Shown here piece by piece: positions 28,796-39,023 of a stretch of DNA of 64,000 bases. A model generated the notes under the pieces. The model searched no databases. It was not told the DNA's origin and saw only the letters and a program-made list of their open reading frames with translations. The stretch lies in the NCBI GenBank assembly GCA_965198235.1, contig OZ240248.1, forward strand, positions 4,928,001 to 4,992,000, given 5' to 3'. The DNA is from Candidatus Poribacteria bacterium (lineage in GTDB: Bacteria; Poribacteria; WGA-4E; WGA-3G). The number at the start of each line of letters is the position of its first letter. The first letter of the stretch is position 1. A program made the translations under genes and the position numbers.

Positions 28796-30703
28796 ATGTT
28801 TTGGGAACAGATAAAAAGACACTGCGATGCCGGGTCTGCACACCAATTCCTCCTCCACTTTAATGTCCAAGACTTGCTACATGACGATGTTTACGGCTAC
28901 TTGCCGACTACGGAATATCTCATGGAGCAACTCAGTGTGTTGGGTTGTGAACTCGTCCTGGGATATAACACATCACAAGGCATTCATTTGCCTAACATTG
29001 GGCGGTGGCGAGCGACCCAAAAAATGCTGGACATTGTTCCGAAGTACGAGAAAACCGGTGTCTTTCATTTCCAGAGTATAGCGACATGGCTTCAGACGCT
29101 TCGGCGTTTTCAGGAAGCAGAAGATGCAAATCTCGTTGAGCATGAGATAGATCCGCTGGTCGCACGCCGAAGAATTAATGCCACTTTGGCGTTCGATAAA
29201 CCGCATGAAGACCCGTTCATGCATATAGATCCTGCCCCGTCGGAGGAGTTGCAAGAGAGATTGAACCATCTTTTGCGGCAAGACAGAGCGAGGATTGGAC
29301 TGGTTATCAACTTTTTGGAACAACTTGCACCAAACGATCCTTCGCTGAGTAGTGCCTCTAACGATGACCTGCAACGCTTTTTTAATCAGATGCAAAATTG
29401 GGCATCCGACTTGGAGATCCGAAAACGCAGACACATTATTTTGCTTCTCACTCATAACACCTTTGATATCCATCCCAATCTCACGGTGAATCCAGAGATT
29501 CCTCTGATAGAAATTCCATTCCCAGACTATGACCAACGCCACCATTTTATTGAATATCTCCACGACATTTCGGATCCCCCGTCGCAAATGCGGGCAAGCC
29601 TCGGAAACGAACGCGACAGAGAGTCCCTTGCCCGCGAGACGATAGGGCTGAACCTCTTCGGCATTCACGATGTTGTGAAACAGGCGGAGTCTACACAACA
29701 GAAGACGGGTGGTGAACCGCTTGTGAGATACCAACGTGAGAGCATTAAGACTTTCAGCCACGGAGTCCTTGAACTCGGTGAAACCTACACGAATGCCTCT
29801 GCTGATGGGTGGTATGCGATGTGGACAATTAAGGATATTGCGGACGGAATGAGACATCGGGATCTACGGCGCGTGCCACGAGGTATGCTTTTCCTGGGTC
29901 CTCCGGGCACTGGTAAGATCTACGCGGCGAAGTTACTCGCAGGTGAAGCGAACATGACGTTCGTCCAACTCCGCTACGCCAGTCAGGTCGGCGAGGTAAC
30001 CGTAAATATCAATGAGAATGGGAACACCTATGAGCGGAATCTAAATGCCGCCATCAATTTCATCCGCGGTATTTCACCAACGGTTGTTTTTATTGATGAA
30101 ATTGAACAGGCATCGCCACGGACCGCAACGCATCCAGAAGAACAGCAGCCGTTCCCACAGAGCCTCGTGAATGCTATCAGCGATCCATCTTTGCACGGGA
30201 GAGTGATATGGGTGGGAGCCTCAAGCCGTCCAGACCTGATGCCGCAGATTTTTCGACGATATGGCATTTTCGACACCAAATTAATCATGCTACCGCCAAT
30301 TGCTGAAGGTAGAATAGAAATTTTAAAGATATTCTGTCAAGGACAAGCCCCCGACCAACTCAACTTCCGGGCACTTGTCGGAGATTCAGCAACGGATGGG
30401 TTGACTTCGCGAGACCTGTTTATGATTGTTCAACGCGCAAATAACATCGCACGGCGCGATCAACGTGAAACCCTCACAGATGCCGATCTCCATCAGGCAT
30501 TGGATGACTTCATATCCGACTACTCACCAGAAATGCAGCTTTTCATGGGATTGTTAGCTTTACGAGAGGCGAATTCCCGTATCATGATCCCAGACGGACT
30601 GTTGCCGCCATATCAAGAATTTGTGGATGGCAATCGGATTGATAAAACAGGAATTAATAGACGTTTAATGGAACTGAGCAATCAACTCGGCTTAAACGCT
30701 TGA
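28796..30703 (+). CDS. AAA+ ATPase with a long N-terminal region
   Basis: RGMLFLGPPGTGK, VVFIDEIE, ASSRPD, FRRYGIFD and R.EILKI. Confidence 0.82.
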   Translation: MFWEQIKRHCDAGSAHQFLLHFNVQDLLHDDVYGYLPTTEYLMEQLSVLGCELVLGYNTSQGIHLPNIGRWRATQKMLDIVPKYEKTGVFHFQSIATWLQTLRRFQEAEDANLVEHEIDPLVARRRINATLAFDKPHEDPFMHIDPAPSEELQERLNHLLRQDRARIGLVINFLEQLAPNDPSLSSASNDDLQRFFNQMQNWASDLEIRKRRHIILLLTHNTFDIHPNLTVNPEIPLIEIPFPDYDQRHHFIEYLHDISDPPSQMRASLGNERDRESLARETIGLNLFGIHDVVKQAESTQQKTGGEPLVRYQRESIKTFSHGVLELGETYTNASADGWYAMWTIKDIADGMRHRDLRRVPRGMLFLGPPGTGKIYAAKLLAGEANMTFVQLRYASQVGEVTVNINENGNTYERNLNAAINFIRGISPTVVFIDEIEQASPRTATHPEEQQPFPQSLVNAISDPSLHGRVIWVGASSRPDLMPQIFRRYGIFDTKLIMLPPIAEGRIEILKIFCQGQAPDQLNFRALVGDSATDGLTSRDLFMIVQRANNIARRDQRETLTDADLHQALDDFISDYSPEMQLFMGLLALREANSRIMIPDGLLPPYQEFVDGNRIDKTGINRRLMELSNQLGLNA

Positions 30704-30924
30704 TCCCTACAACTCTCCCATTTCCCCGCTGTAGGGGCGATCTTCAAATCCATTCGCTGTCGGCTTTCAGGGCGGGGGCTACACCACCTCTCAGTCATCA
30801 GGGTGCGACAGATATAATTCACTTCTAATTTTAACAGTCTTTTCTGCTGACTGCTGATTGCTGACCGCTTTCTTGTAGGAGGGATCTCCGAATCCCGACT
30901 CCTTCTTCGCTCTTTTATTTTTTC

Positions 30925-30953
30925 TTGACGGATGTTTTCCCGTTTGCTATAAT
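30925..30953 (+). promoter_or_regulatory. sigma70 promoter of LamG paralog B
   Basis: TTGACG-17 nt-TATAAT with an extended TG, followed by GGAGG RBS. Confidence 0.6.
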
Positions 30954-30986
30954 ATCTTAATCTTTACCTATAGGGAGGAAAATCTG

Positions 30987-31763
30987 ATGAAACTGGCTAT
31001 TTGTTTATCTATCACACTACTTTTAGTGGTGACACCCTTCGCTATGTCTGTTGGTCCAGAGGAATTTCTGGACGGCTTGGTGGTATACCATCCTTATGAT
31101 GAAGGAAAAGGTGCCGAAGCGGAAGACCTTAGCGGAAACAAACATAACGGTGAAATTGACAATCCGAAATGGGTTAAGGGGAAATTCGGAATGGCGTTGG
31201 AATTCGGTGGTGAAGGCAGCGATGTTTTTGTCACTGTCGAAAGCACTCCCAAACTGAACGTGGATGAAATGACGTTCATGGCGTGGGTCAACGCTAATAG
31301 TTGGAACGGCACACGCCAGATTGTCGGTAAATCCGTTCACGGTGGATGTGGCGGTAGAGTCCAATACGGTCTGTTCAGTGAAGGTGGGACTTTTAAACTC
31401 CGTTTTGAAACCGAAGCAGGTCGCAATGATATTTCAACAGATCTGCCTGACACCGAGAAATTTATCCATATTGCTTTCACCAACGATACCAAGAAAGGTA
31501 AGATCTACATCGATGGCAAAGAAGAAGTTGAAGGGGATGTCCCCGGTAAACTCAAAGGCAACGACGATCCGTGGCGGATTGGACAGGATTGCGAACGTCT
31601 TCAGTATGTTTTCGATGGGATTATCGACGAGGTCCGTCTCTGGAATCGTGCCCTGAGCGAGGATGAGATCAATACGTTCATGGAACAAGGTGTGGATGCG
31701 CTCGCTGTTGAAGCGACTGGGAAACTTTCAACTACCTGGGGTCGCCTGAAAGCAGGACGTTAA
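30987..31763 (+). CDS. Secreted LamG/ConA-like protein (paralog B)
   Basis: Long identical blocks with 27907..28695; C-terminal VEATGKLSTTWGRLK. Confidence 0.87.
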   Translation: MKLAICLSITLLLVVTPFAMSVGPEEFLDGLVVYHPYDEGKGAEAEDLSGNKHNGEIDNPKWVKGKFGMALEFGGEGSDVFVTVESTPKLNVDEMTFMAWVNANSWNGTRQIVGKSVHGGCGGRVQYGLFSEGGTFKLRFETEAGRNDISTDLPDTEKFIHIAFTNDTKKGKIYIDGKEEVEGDVPGKLKGNDDPWRIGQDCERLQYVFDGIIDEVRLWNRALSEDEINTFMEQGVDALAVEATGKLSTTWGRLKAGR

Positions 31764-31839
31764 GGTAGGCTTAAGGTCGAAATTTGCAAGATGATTTTTA
31801 CTGGCGAGGTTTCCGAACCTCGCCCTATCAATTAAAAAA

Positions 31840-32613
31840 ATGCCCGAAATTTCAAAAACAACTCCATGTAGAAATTGCGATGCGCAGCTTGTGGCAGAGA
31901 CATTCGCCAAAAACCTAAAGGTCTGCCCACACTGCGATTACCATCACTATATGAGTGCTCATGAGCGACTCAACCTCATCATAGATGCGGACAGTTTTAA
32001 GGAACACGATGCGAACCTTTACTCTATTGATTCGCTGGAATTCCCAGAATATCCGGAAAAACTGGAGAGGGATGTGGCAAAGACAGGGCTCAGATCCGAG
32101 ATGCTCTCCGGCATAGCCAATGTCGGTGGTTATCCGACTGCTATTGCGATTGGCGATGTCGGATTTATAGGCGGCACATGTGGCTCTGTCATCGGCGAAA
32201 AGGTTACCCGATGTATTGAGCGCGCCCTTGAGAACAGGTTGCCTTTGGTGATCGTCTCCGTGAGTGGTGGGATGCGAATGCAAGAAGGCACGCTTGCCTT
32301 GATGCAGATGGCGAAAACTGCCGCCGCTTGTGCTGAGTATGCTAAGTCGGGGGTCCTTTATATTTCCATTGTCACCGATCCAACGTTTGGCGGAGCGACC
32401 GCCAGTTATACTTCACTCGGCGATGTGATTGTTGCTGAGCCGGGTGCGCGGATCGGCTTCGCGGGTCCGTTAGCCGTTGCCAGCCTCCGTGAGGAACTTC
32501 CCGAAAACTTTCAGAAAGCAGAATCGTTGCTGGAACATGGATTCATTGACTCGATCGTTCACCGCGCCGATATGCGTCAGATGCTTATAAACCTGATTGC
32601 CTTCGCCGCCTAA
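31840..32613 (+). CDS. accD: Acetyl-CoA carboxylase carboxyltransferase beta subunit
   Basis: Zn finger CxxC..CxxC, SGGMRMQEG, PTFGG and EPGARIGFAG. Confidence 0.93.
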   Translation: MPEISKTTPCRNCDAQLVAETFAKNLKVCPHCDYHHYMSAHERLNLIIDADSFKEHDANLYSIDSLEFPEYPEKLERDVAKTGLRSEMLSGIANVGGYPTAIAIGDVGFIGGTCGSVIGEKVTRCIERALENRLPLVIVSVSGGMRMQEGTLALMQMAKTAAACAEYAKSGVLYISIVTDPTFGGATASYTSLGDVIVAEPGARIGFAGPLAVASLREELPENFQKAESLLEHGFIDSIVHRADMRQMLINLIAFAA

Positions 32614-32891
32614 TGTATGGACCTGTCTTCTCTCTTTTTCCCCATCGAAAAAATAGAACTTGTGCCTTATACCGCAAATGGACTGATGAACGGGACATGA
32701 AACCGTTAATAACTATGGACGTTAATAGAGATGTGTAATTATGACATAATTGCGTGGTGTAAAAAATCCGCGTGCGTCTAACGATCTTACACATTTCGCC
32801 TTTGACGAGAGTTGCTAATACTGCATCGAAAACCGAGTATATCATATCGGTGCCCTTAGCAATTTGAATATACACAAAATAGGAATTAAAC

Positions 32892-35177
32892 ATGCCAAAG
32901 TCACTCGTCGTTGTTGAATCGCCGGCGAAAGCGAAAACTATCAAAAAGATTTTAGGTAGGGATTACATTGTTGAATCCTCCGTTGGCCATATCCGCGACC
33001 TCCCACCGAAGGAGCTCGGTGTCGATATTGAGAATGCCTTTGCCCCCAAATATGTCTTGATTCGGGGAAAAGGGAAGGTCGTGAAATCCCTCCAAAGCGA
33101 AGCGCGTAAGGTTGATAATATCTATCTTGCAGCAGATCCAGATCGCGAAGGTGAAGCTATCTGTTGGCATCTTTTTGAGGAACTCAAAAAGACAAAGAAG
33201 CCCATCCACCGGATAACCTACAACGAAGTCACCAAAAACGCAATTTTAGAAGCAATCCAAAAACCGGGCGATATTGATATGGCACTCGTTGATGCGCAAC
33301 AGGCGCGGCGCGTCTTGGATAGGCTCGTTGGATACCAGATTAGCCCTATTTTGTGGCGTAGTGTCAAACCGGGTCTCAGCGCTGGGAGAGTTCAATCCGT
33401 CGCAGTACGACTTATTTGTGAGCGTGAAGCAGAAATTGAGGCGTTTAAACCAGAAGAATACTGGACGCTCACAGCAACATTGACACCGACCAAGATTCAG
33501 CATATCTTCCCCGCAAAGTTACATAAAATTGGGAAAAAGAAGGGCGAAATTAATAACTACGGGTTCCGTATAGACGCAGCGCGTGCCAAAGAACTCGCTG
33601 CAGACGCAAAGACACAGACATTTCTCGTTGAAAAAGTCCAAAAGCGGGAACGGAAACAGAAGCCTGTACCACCGTTTATCACGAGTACCTTACAACAGGA
33701 AGCGTCTCGGAAACTCCGTTTTGTTGCCAAGAGGACGATGCTTATTGCCCAGCAACTCTACGAGGGACTGGAGATTGGCAGCGAGGGATCAATCGGACTC
33801 ATTACCTACATGCGTACCGATTCGACACGGGTTGCCCAAGAAGCACTCCAGGCAGCGAGAGCGTACATTAAAACAACGTTTGGTGATGAATATTTACCCA
33901 ATCGTGCCGTTAATTACCGGAGTAAAAGAGGGGCGCAAGACGCACACGAAGCAATTCGTCCCACCGTGCCGTTGCGAACTCCCACAGACTTGAAGCCGTA
34001 TTTGAGTAATGATCAGCTTCGACTTTATGAACTCATTTGGATGCGGTTTATAGCGAGTCAGATGAATCCAGCTATTTTTGATGGGACAACAATTGATATC
34101 CAAGCAGGCACTTATCTCTTCCGCGCCACCGGTTCAGTCATGAAGTTTCAAGGGTTCAGACGCGTCTATATGGAGGGTAAAGATGACCCTGCTGCCGATG
34201 AGCGTGGATCAGACGAAGAGGATGTCAACTTACCCAATGTTAAAGAAGGGGATACACTCGATCTACGTAAATTAGAACCGAAACAGCATTCTACGCAACC
34301 CCCCCCTCGTTACGGTGAAGCCACGCTTGTCAAAATGCTGGAAGCGAAAGAGATTGGACGTCCGAGTACCTACGCCTCTATTCTGTCAACGGTTCAGGAC
34401 AGAGGATATGTAACCAAAGAACGCGGCAGGCTTCTGCCTACAGATGTTGGAAGGCTCGTTAACGAACTCCTGAAACATGGATTTCCCAACATCGTTGACG
34501 TTGAATTCACAGCAAGAATGGAGGATCAGCTTGATGTCATTGCTGATGGCAAAATTAAGTGGGTAGAGGCGTTAGGGCAGTTTTATCCCGCATTCCAAAC
34601 TGCGCTCAAGGAAGCCCCGGATAGGATGTACGAAGCCCGAAAGGCGATGGAAGAGCAATCGGACGAAAAGTGTGAAAAGTGTGGCGGAAATATGATTGTC
34701 AAATGGGGGAGATATGGGCGGTTTCTGGGCTGTGCCAATTATCCAGAATGTCAGAGTATCAAGCGTTTAACGACCACAGATGACGCTCCTACTGCGGAAC
34801 CGGAGCCGACCGATACTGCGTGTGAAAAGTGTGGTGAACCGATGGTTGTCAGAGTAAGTCGCGCCGGTGCAAAATTTTTGTCGTGTAGTGGATACCCAAA
34901 ATGCAAAAATGCGAAGCCGATTCCAATGGGGATTGACTGTCCGGAGCCTGATTGTGATGGCTACCTTGGTGAACGCCGTAGCCGACGTGGAAAGGTCTTT
35001 TATGGCTGCAGCAACTATCCGAAGTGTGAGTTCTCGACGTGGGATAAACCTGTGCCAGAGCCTTGTCCGAAATGCAGTGCGCCGCTTCTCGTTGAGAAGA
35101 CGGAAAAGGCAAAAGGGAGTGAAGTCGCAACCACGCGTCTTGCCTGTCACAGATCAGAGTGTGACTATACAAAATAG
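32892..35177 (+). CDS. topA: DNA topoisomerase I
   Basis: VESPAKAK, DPDREGE, SAGRVQS, ITYMRTDS and AHEAIRP; three C-terminal Zn ribbons. Confidence 0.97.
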   Translation: MPKSLVVVESPAKAKTIKKILGRDYIVESSVGHIRDLPPKELGVDIENAFAPKYVLIRGKGKVVKSLQSEARKVDNIYLAADPDREGEAICWHLFEELKKTKKPIHRITYNEVTKNAILEAIQKPGDIDMALVDAQQARRVLDRLVGYQISPILWRSVKPGLSAGRVQSVAVRLICEREAEIEAFKPEEYWTLTATLTPTKIQHIFPAKLHKIGKKKGEINNYGFRIDAARAKELAADAKTQTFLVEKVQKRERKQKPVPPFITSTLQQEASRKLRFVAKRTMLIAQQLYEGLEIGSEGSIGLITYMRTDSTRVAQEALQAARAYIKTTFGDEYLPNRAVNYRSKRGAQDAHEAIRPTVPLRTPTDLKPYLSNDQLRLYELIWMRFIASQMNPAIFDGTTIDIQAGTYLFRATGSVMKFQGFRRVYMEGKDDPAADERGSDEEDVNLPNVKEGDTLDLRKLEPKQHSTQPPPRYGEATLVKMLEAKEIGRPSTYASILSTVQDRGYVTKERGRLLPTDVGRLVNELLKHGFPNIVDVEFTARMEDQLDVIADGKIKWVEALGQFYPAFQTALKEAPDRMYEARKAMEEQSDEKCEKCGGNMIVKWGRYGRFLGCANYPECQSIKRLTTTDDAPTAEPEPTDTACEKCGEPMVVRVSRAGAKFLSCSGYPKCKNAKPIPMGIDCPEPDCDGYLGERRSRRGKVFYGCSNYPKCEFSTWDKPVPEPCPKCSAPLLVEKTEKAKGSEVATTRLACHRSECDYTK

Positions 35178-35299
35178 CCATCGGCAGTCAGCAGTCGGCA
35201 GTCAGCAGAAATAGCCGATAGTCAGTCAATACGCCGAAAGCCGATGGTTTCCGATAACTATTCTTACTGACGGCTGAAAGCCGACAGCCATAAAAAAAA

Positions 35300-35947
35300 A
35301 TGATACAGTTGCACCAGGTTAGTTTCAGTTATGGAGAACTTAGCGTGCTTGAGAAGGTGAGCCTTCGCGTGGAGCGCGGTGAATTTGTGTTTCTCGTTGG
35401 TCCAAGTGGTTCTGGCAAGACAACACTATTGAGGCTGTTATATGCTGATTTAGACCCAATAGGCGGTGATCTGAGTGTAGTTGGACAACAACTTGCGAGG
35501 TTGGACAAAGTCAGTCTACCCTACTTTCGGCAGAAGATAGGGCTCGTCTTTCAAGATTTCAAGTTCTTAGAAAACAAGACAGTTCGAGAAAATTTGGCAC
35601 TGCCACAGCGACTGATAGGGACTCCAACGCAGTTGATTAAGGAAAATGTCGATAAACTCCTGAATCAGATGGGGTTATATCACCATCACAATGCGCTCCC
35701 ATCAGAAATATCTGGCAACGAGCGACGACGCCTTTCTATAACGAGAGCAATTATCAACAACCCTTTGTTACTGCTTGCGGATGCTCCCACAGAAGGCTTA
35801 GATTTGCGCCTTTCGCTTGAGGTGATGGCACTTCTTGATGCGCTTAACTTTCAGGGGATGACTATTTTCGTCTCCACGAGCGACCGAACCCTCGCCGAGA
35901 AATGTAATAAGCGGATTATTGAACTACGGGATGGCGGCATCCATTGA
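35300..35947 (+). CDS. ftsE: FtsE-like ABC ATPase with degenerate motifs
   Basis: GPSGSGKTT, PYFRQKIGLVFQDF; adjacent to ftsX; Walker B reads LADAPT and the signature reads ISGNE. Confidence 0.8.
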   Translation: MIQLHQVSFSYGELSVLEKVSLRVERGEFVFLVGPSGSGKTTLLRLLYADLDPIGGDLSVVGQQLARLDKVSLPYFRQKIGLVFQDFKFLENKTVRENLALPQRLIGTPTQLIKENVDKLLNQMGLYHHHNALPSEISGNERRRLSITRAIINNPLLLLADAPTEGLDLRLSLEVMALLDALNFQGMTIFVSTSDRTLAEKCNKRIIELRDGGIH

Positions 35948-36044
35948 GTGCGTGTGTCGCCGCGTCTTTAAATTGTTAGGCAAGGCTTCTGCGCCGTACT
36001 ATGGTTCGTTCCCACTGTCGCGAGTGTAAAAAAACACACGAAAA

Positions 36045-36902
36045 ATGCGTTATCACCTTAAGAATGCCATATCCCATATAGCCCGTGCCGGCAGTGCAAG
36101 TGTGATGAGTTTCTTTGGCATCGGTTTCATCACTGTTTTACTTGCTACTTTACTGTTGAACCATTCATTTATATTACAGCAGTCTGAGTTTAAAAGCCAT
36201 GCCCCTACCCTTATCGCGTTTCTAAAAGATACTGTTGATGAGTCAGCCGGACGCACCTTGGTGAGCCAGATAGAAAAAAATGGACAGGTGCTCGCCGTCA
36301 ATTATGCTTCAAAGGCAGAAAGCCTCGCCCGCGGTGAGACCCAGTTCCAGGATTTGGGTATCCTCATTAAAGAGGCATTCGCGGAGACCAGAGGCGTAAA
36401 CCCATTTCCGGCATCCCTCAAAATTTATGTAGACGAAGACTTGATAACGCGTAAAACTTTAGAGCAGATTGTGTTGGGCATTAAAGCGCACAGCGAAATT
36501 GAGGATGTGCTCTTGACGGGGCAGGGTCAGTTGAAGGATCGTTTACGCGATTCAGAGCGTACGACTTTCATCGCCATCGGAATAGCAGTTGTCGTTATCT
36601 GGTTCATTATCGGTTCTGTTATTAACAAAACAGCGATTGCCCGCACAGAGGAGATAGCCCTCATGAAACTCCTCGGCATGTCCCGCCATTATCTCTTCGC
36701 TCCTTTTGTTATTCATGGGCTTTTCCTTGGCAGTTTTGGCGCATTGTGTGGACTTGGCTGCTTTTACGGAATGTTTTATATATTCAAATCTCAATTAGGG
36801 GCGGTCGATTTCCTTACGATCTATCAGTCTATTCTGATTGTTGTCGGTGAAATGATAGTTGGGCTCCTTGCCGGTTTTGTCGCGCAACGGAAGTTTGCGT
36901 AG
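36045..36902 (+). CDS. ftsX: FtsX-like permease
   Basis: TM1, periplasmic domain with NPFPAS, R.EEIALMKLLG, three C-terminal TMs. Confidence 0.8.
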   Translation: MRYHLKNAISHIARAGSASVMSFFGIGFITVLLATLLLNHSFILQQSEFKSHAPTLIAFLKDTVDESAGRTLVSQIEKNGQVLAVNYASKAESLARGETQFQDLGILIKEAFAETRGVNPFPASLKIYVDEDLITRKTLEQIVLGIKAHSEIEDVLLTGQGQLKDRLRDSERTTFIAIGIAVVVIWFIIGSVINKTAIARTEEIALMKLLGMSRHYLFAPFVIHGLFLGSFGALCGLGCFYGMFYIFKSQLGAVDFLTIYQSILIVVGEMIVGLLAGFVAQRKFA

Positions 36903-37008
36903 CAGTCCACACCTATCACACAAGCGCAACCAACGGGCTCGCTGGATATACGGAACGGAACACCTTTGGCTCTTATACCCTAACCGAACCGCAAGGAAAA
37001 TTAAAAAG

Positions 37009-38901
37009 ATGACAAATCGTGAGATCAGTGCTGTGTTCAGAGCCATCGGATCTCTTTTACAAATCCGCGGTGATGATGCATTTCGTGCGCGAATTTATGA
37101 ACGGGCAGCCGATATAATTGAAGAATTCCCCGATGAATTGGTTTCCAAAGATTCCCAACAAAGCACATCGGGTTATAATAGGGAAGCAGTAGAAAGACTC
37201 CGAGCTACACCCGGCATTGGGAAAGCCATTGAAGACAAGACCGTTGAAATGTTGGAAACCGGACGCTGCAAATTCTATGATGAACTCACCGCAGAAATGG
37301 GAACAGAGATTCTTGAATTGCTCAATCTCCGGGGGGTTGGTGTAAAAACCGTTGGAAGATTCTATCGGGAACTCGGGATCAGGAATCTTGAGGATCTCCG
37401 AGTATTGATTGAAAGCGGACAGATAAGGAACATGAAGGGCATCGGACGGAAAACGCTCCAGATGATAACTGAGAGTTTGGCGTTTCAGGCAGAACAAAGG
37501 AACAAACGTCCGCTATGGCGAATTTTACCCACTGCCGAAGACATTTCCGATCATCTGACGCTATTGATAGATGGCGGCTGGATAAAACGCTACCAATTTA
37601 CAGGTGATTTACGGCGGCATGAAGAGGTTTGTCAAAGTGTAGAGTTGATTGTTGAATGCGAAGATGAAGGAACGTTTCAGTTTGAAAGCGGCATCGTGCC
37701 TGCGCCGCTACAATCAATTCTTGAGCCCCTAAACGCTATTAAAACGACGCAGACCCAGATTGTTTTCAAAACGGACAGTCAGATTCAGTACGTATATGAC
37801 AGCGACAGCCCCAACTTTAATAAAAGACTCATTGAAAAAAGTCCGCGCGAACCGACAGGCGATGTGCGCGACACGCTACCCGTAATTCAATTCTATATTG
37901 ACAGAGATTTTCCGGTATCTGTCTATCTATGTACTGCTGCCACCTACGAAGCGACTCTTTTCTTGACAACCGCGACAGACGCGCACATTGACGCGCTTTC
38001 TGATAACAGTTTTCTGAATCCGACCGGCTTTTGGCATGAAACGCGCGATATGACGGAAGCAGGAATTTATGAAAAACTCGGGATCTCCTATATTCCATCA
38101 GAACTTCGACAGGACAGTGCTTCGATTGAAGCCGCTAAAGAGGGTACTTTGCCAAAACTCGTTGAGTTTACCGATTTACGAGGGGACTTACACGCACATA
38201 CCGATTGGAGTGACGGACGGCATACGCTCCAAGATATGGTGGCGGCGGCGAAAGCAGAGAGGCTTGAGTACTTCGCTATCACTGACCATTCTGTCTCGTC
38301 TACCGTTGCAAATGGTTTAGATCGAGAACGACTTCTGGAACAGATGGCGCGAGTTCGTGAATTGGATGCAAAGGTTGAGGGTATCACAGTCCTCGCAGGT
38401 TCCGAGGTAGATATTCGACGGTACGGCGAGCTGGATTATCCCGATGAAGTTTTAGAACAACTCGATATTGTCGTCGCAAGCGTTCACAGCCATTTCACGC
38501 TAACCGAAGCGGAGATGACTCGGCGCATCGTTCGCGCGATCGAAAATCCGTTTGTCAACATCATCGGTCATCCGACGGGTAGAATGCTCGGACGTAGGCC
38601 GATGTATCCTCTGAATCTTGAGGAGATTATTGAAGCCGCCGCAGAGAATAAGACGGTTTTAGAAATTAACGGCTCGCCGAACCGATTGGATCTCGACCCT
38701 GAATTTGTGCGCATGGCAAAAAAAGCAGGTGTGCTATTGGCAGTCAACACGGATGCGCATGCCATCGGGCAACTCGCGCACCGTCAATCTGGATTAAATG
38801 TTGCCCGTCGCGGGTGGTTGACGAAAACCGAAGTCATCAACACATATACCTTAGAAGAATTGCGCGAGAAATGTTTTTTTAATTTAGCGCCAAGCGTGTA
38901 A
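37009..38901 (+). CDS. polX: DNA polymerase X / PHP-domain protein
   Basis: HhH motifs PGIGK, GVGVKT and GIGRKT; PHP motifs DLHAHTDWSDG, TDHS, HPTGR and NTDAH; start at MTNREI after the AAGGA RBS. Confidence 0.9.
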   Translation: MTNREISAVFRAIGSLLQIRGDDAFRARIYERAADIIEEFPDELVSKDSQQSTSGYNREAVERLRATPGIGKAIEDKTVEMLETGRCKFYDELTAEMGTEILELLNLRGVGVKTVGRFYRELGIRNLEDLRVLIESGQIRNMKGIGRKTLQMITESLAFQAEQRNKRPLWRILPTAEDISDHLTLLIDGGWIKRYQFTGDLRRHEEVCQSVELIVECEDEGTFQFESGIVPAPLQSILEPLNAIKTTQTQIVFKTDSQIQYVYDSDSPNFNKRLIEKSPREPTGDVRDTLPVIQFYIDRDFPVSVYLCTAATYEATLFLTTATDAHIDALSDNSFLNPTGFWHETRDMTEAGIYEKLGISYIPSELRQDSASIEAAKEGTLPKLVEFTDLRGDLHAHTDWSDGRHTLQDMVAAAKAERLEYFAITDHSVSSTVANGLDRERLLEQMARVRELDAKVEGITVLAGSEVDIRRYGELDYPDEVLEQLDIVVASVHSHFTLTEAEMTRRIVRAIENPFVNIIGHPTGRMLGRRPMYPLNLEEIIEAAAENKTVLEINGSPNRLDLDPEFVRMAKKAGVLLAVNTDAHAIGQLAHRQSGLNVARRGWLTKTEVINTYTLEELREKCFFNLAPSV

Positions 38902-39023
38902 TCAGTATCTTTAGCCAATCACGGGTGTCTTATAAAATCCGCAATGCTGCCGTTGTTGCATTGCTACTGGCTTTGTTGAATAAGAAGAAATAGGACGCGC
39001 TCGTGAAAGGCACACCTACGTTG

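Noticed and set aside
28973-29857. 294-aa antisense ORF
   Set aside because: Shadow of the AAA+ ATPase with no recognisable motifs; the same applies to the many other antisense ORFs in the track
36859-37008. N-terminal extension of PolX
   Set aside because: It overlaps ftsX; the family N-terminus matches MTNREI at 37009
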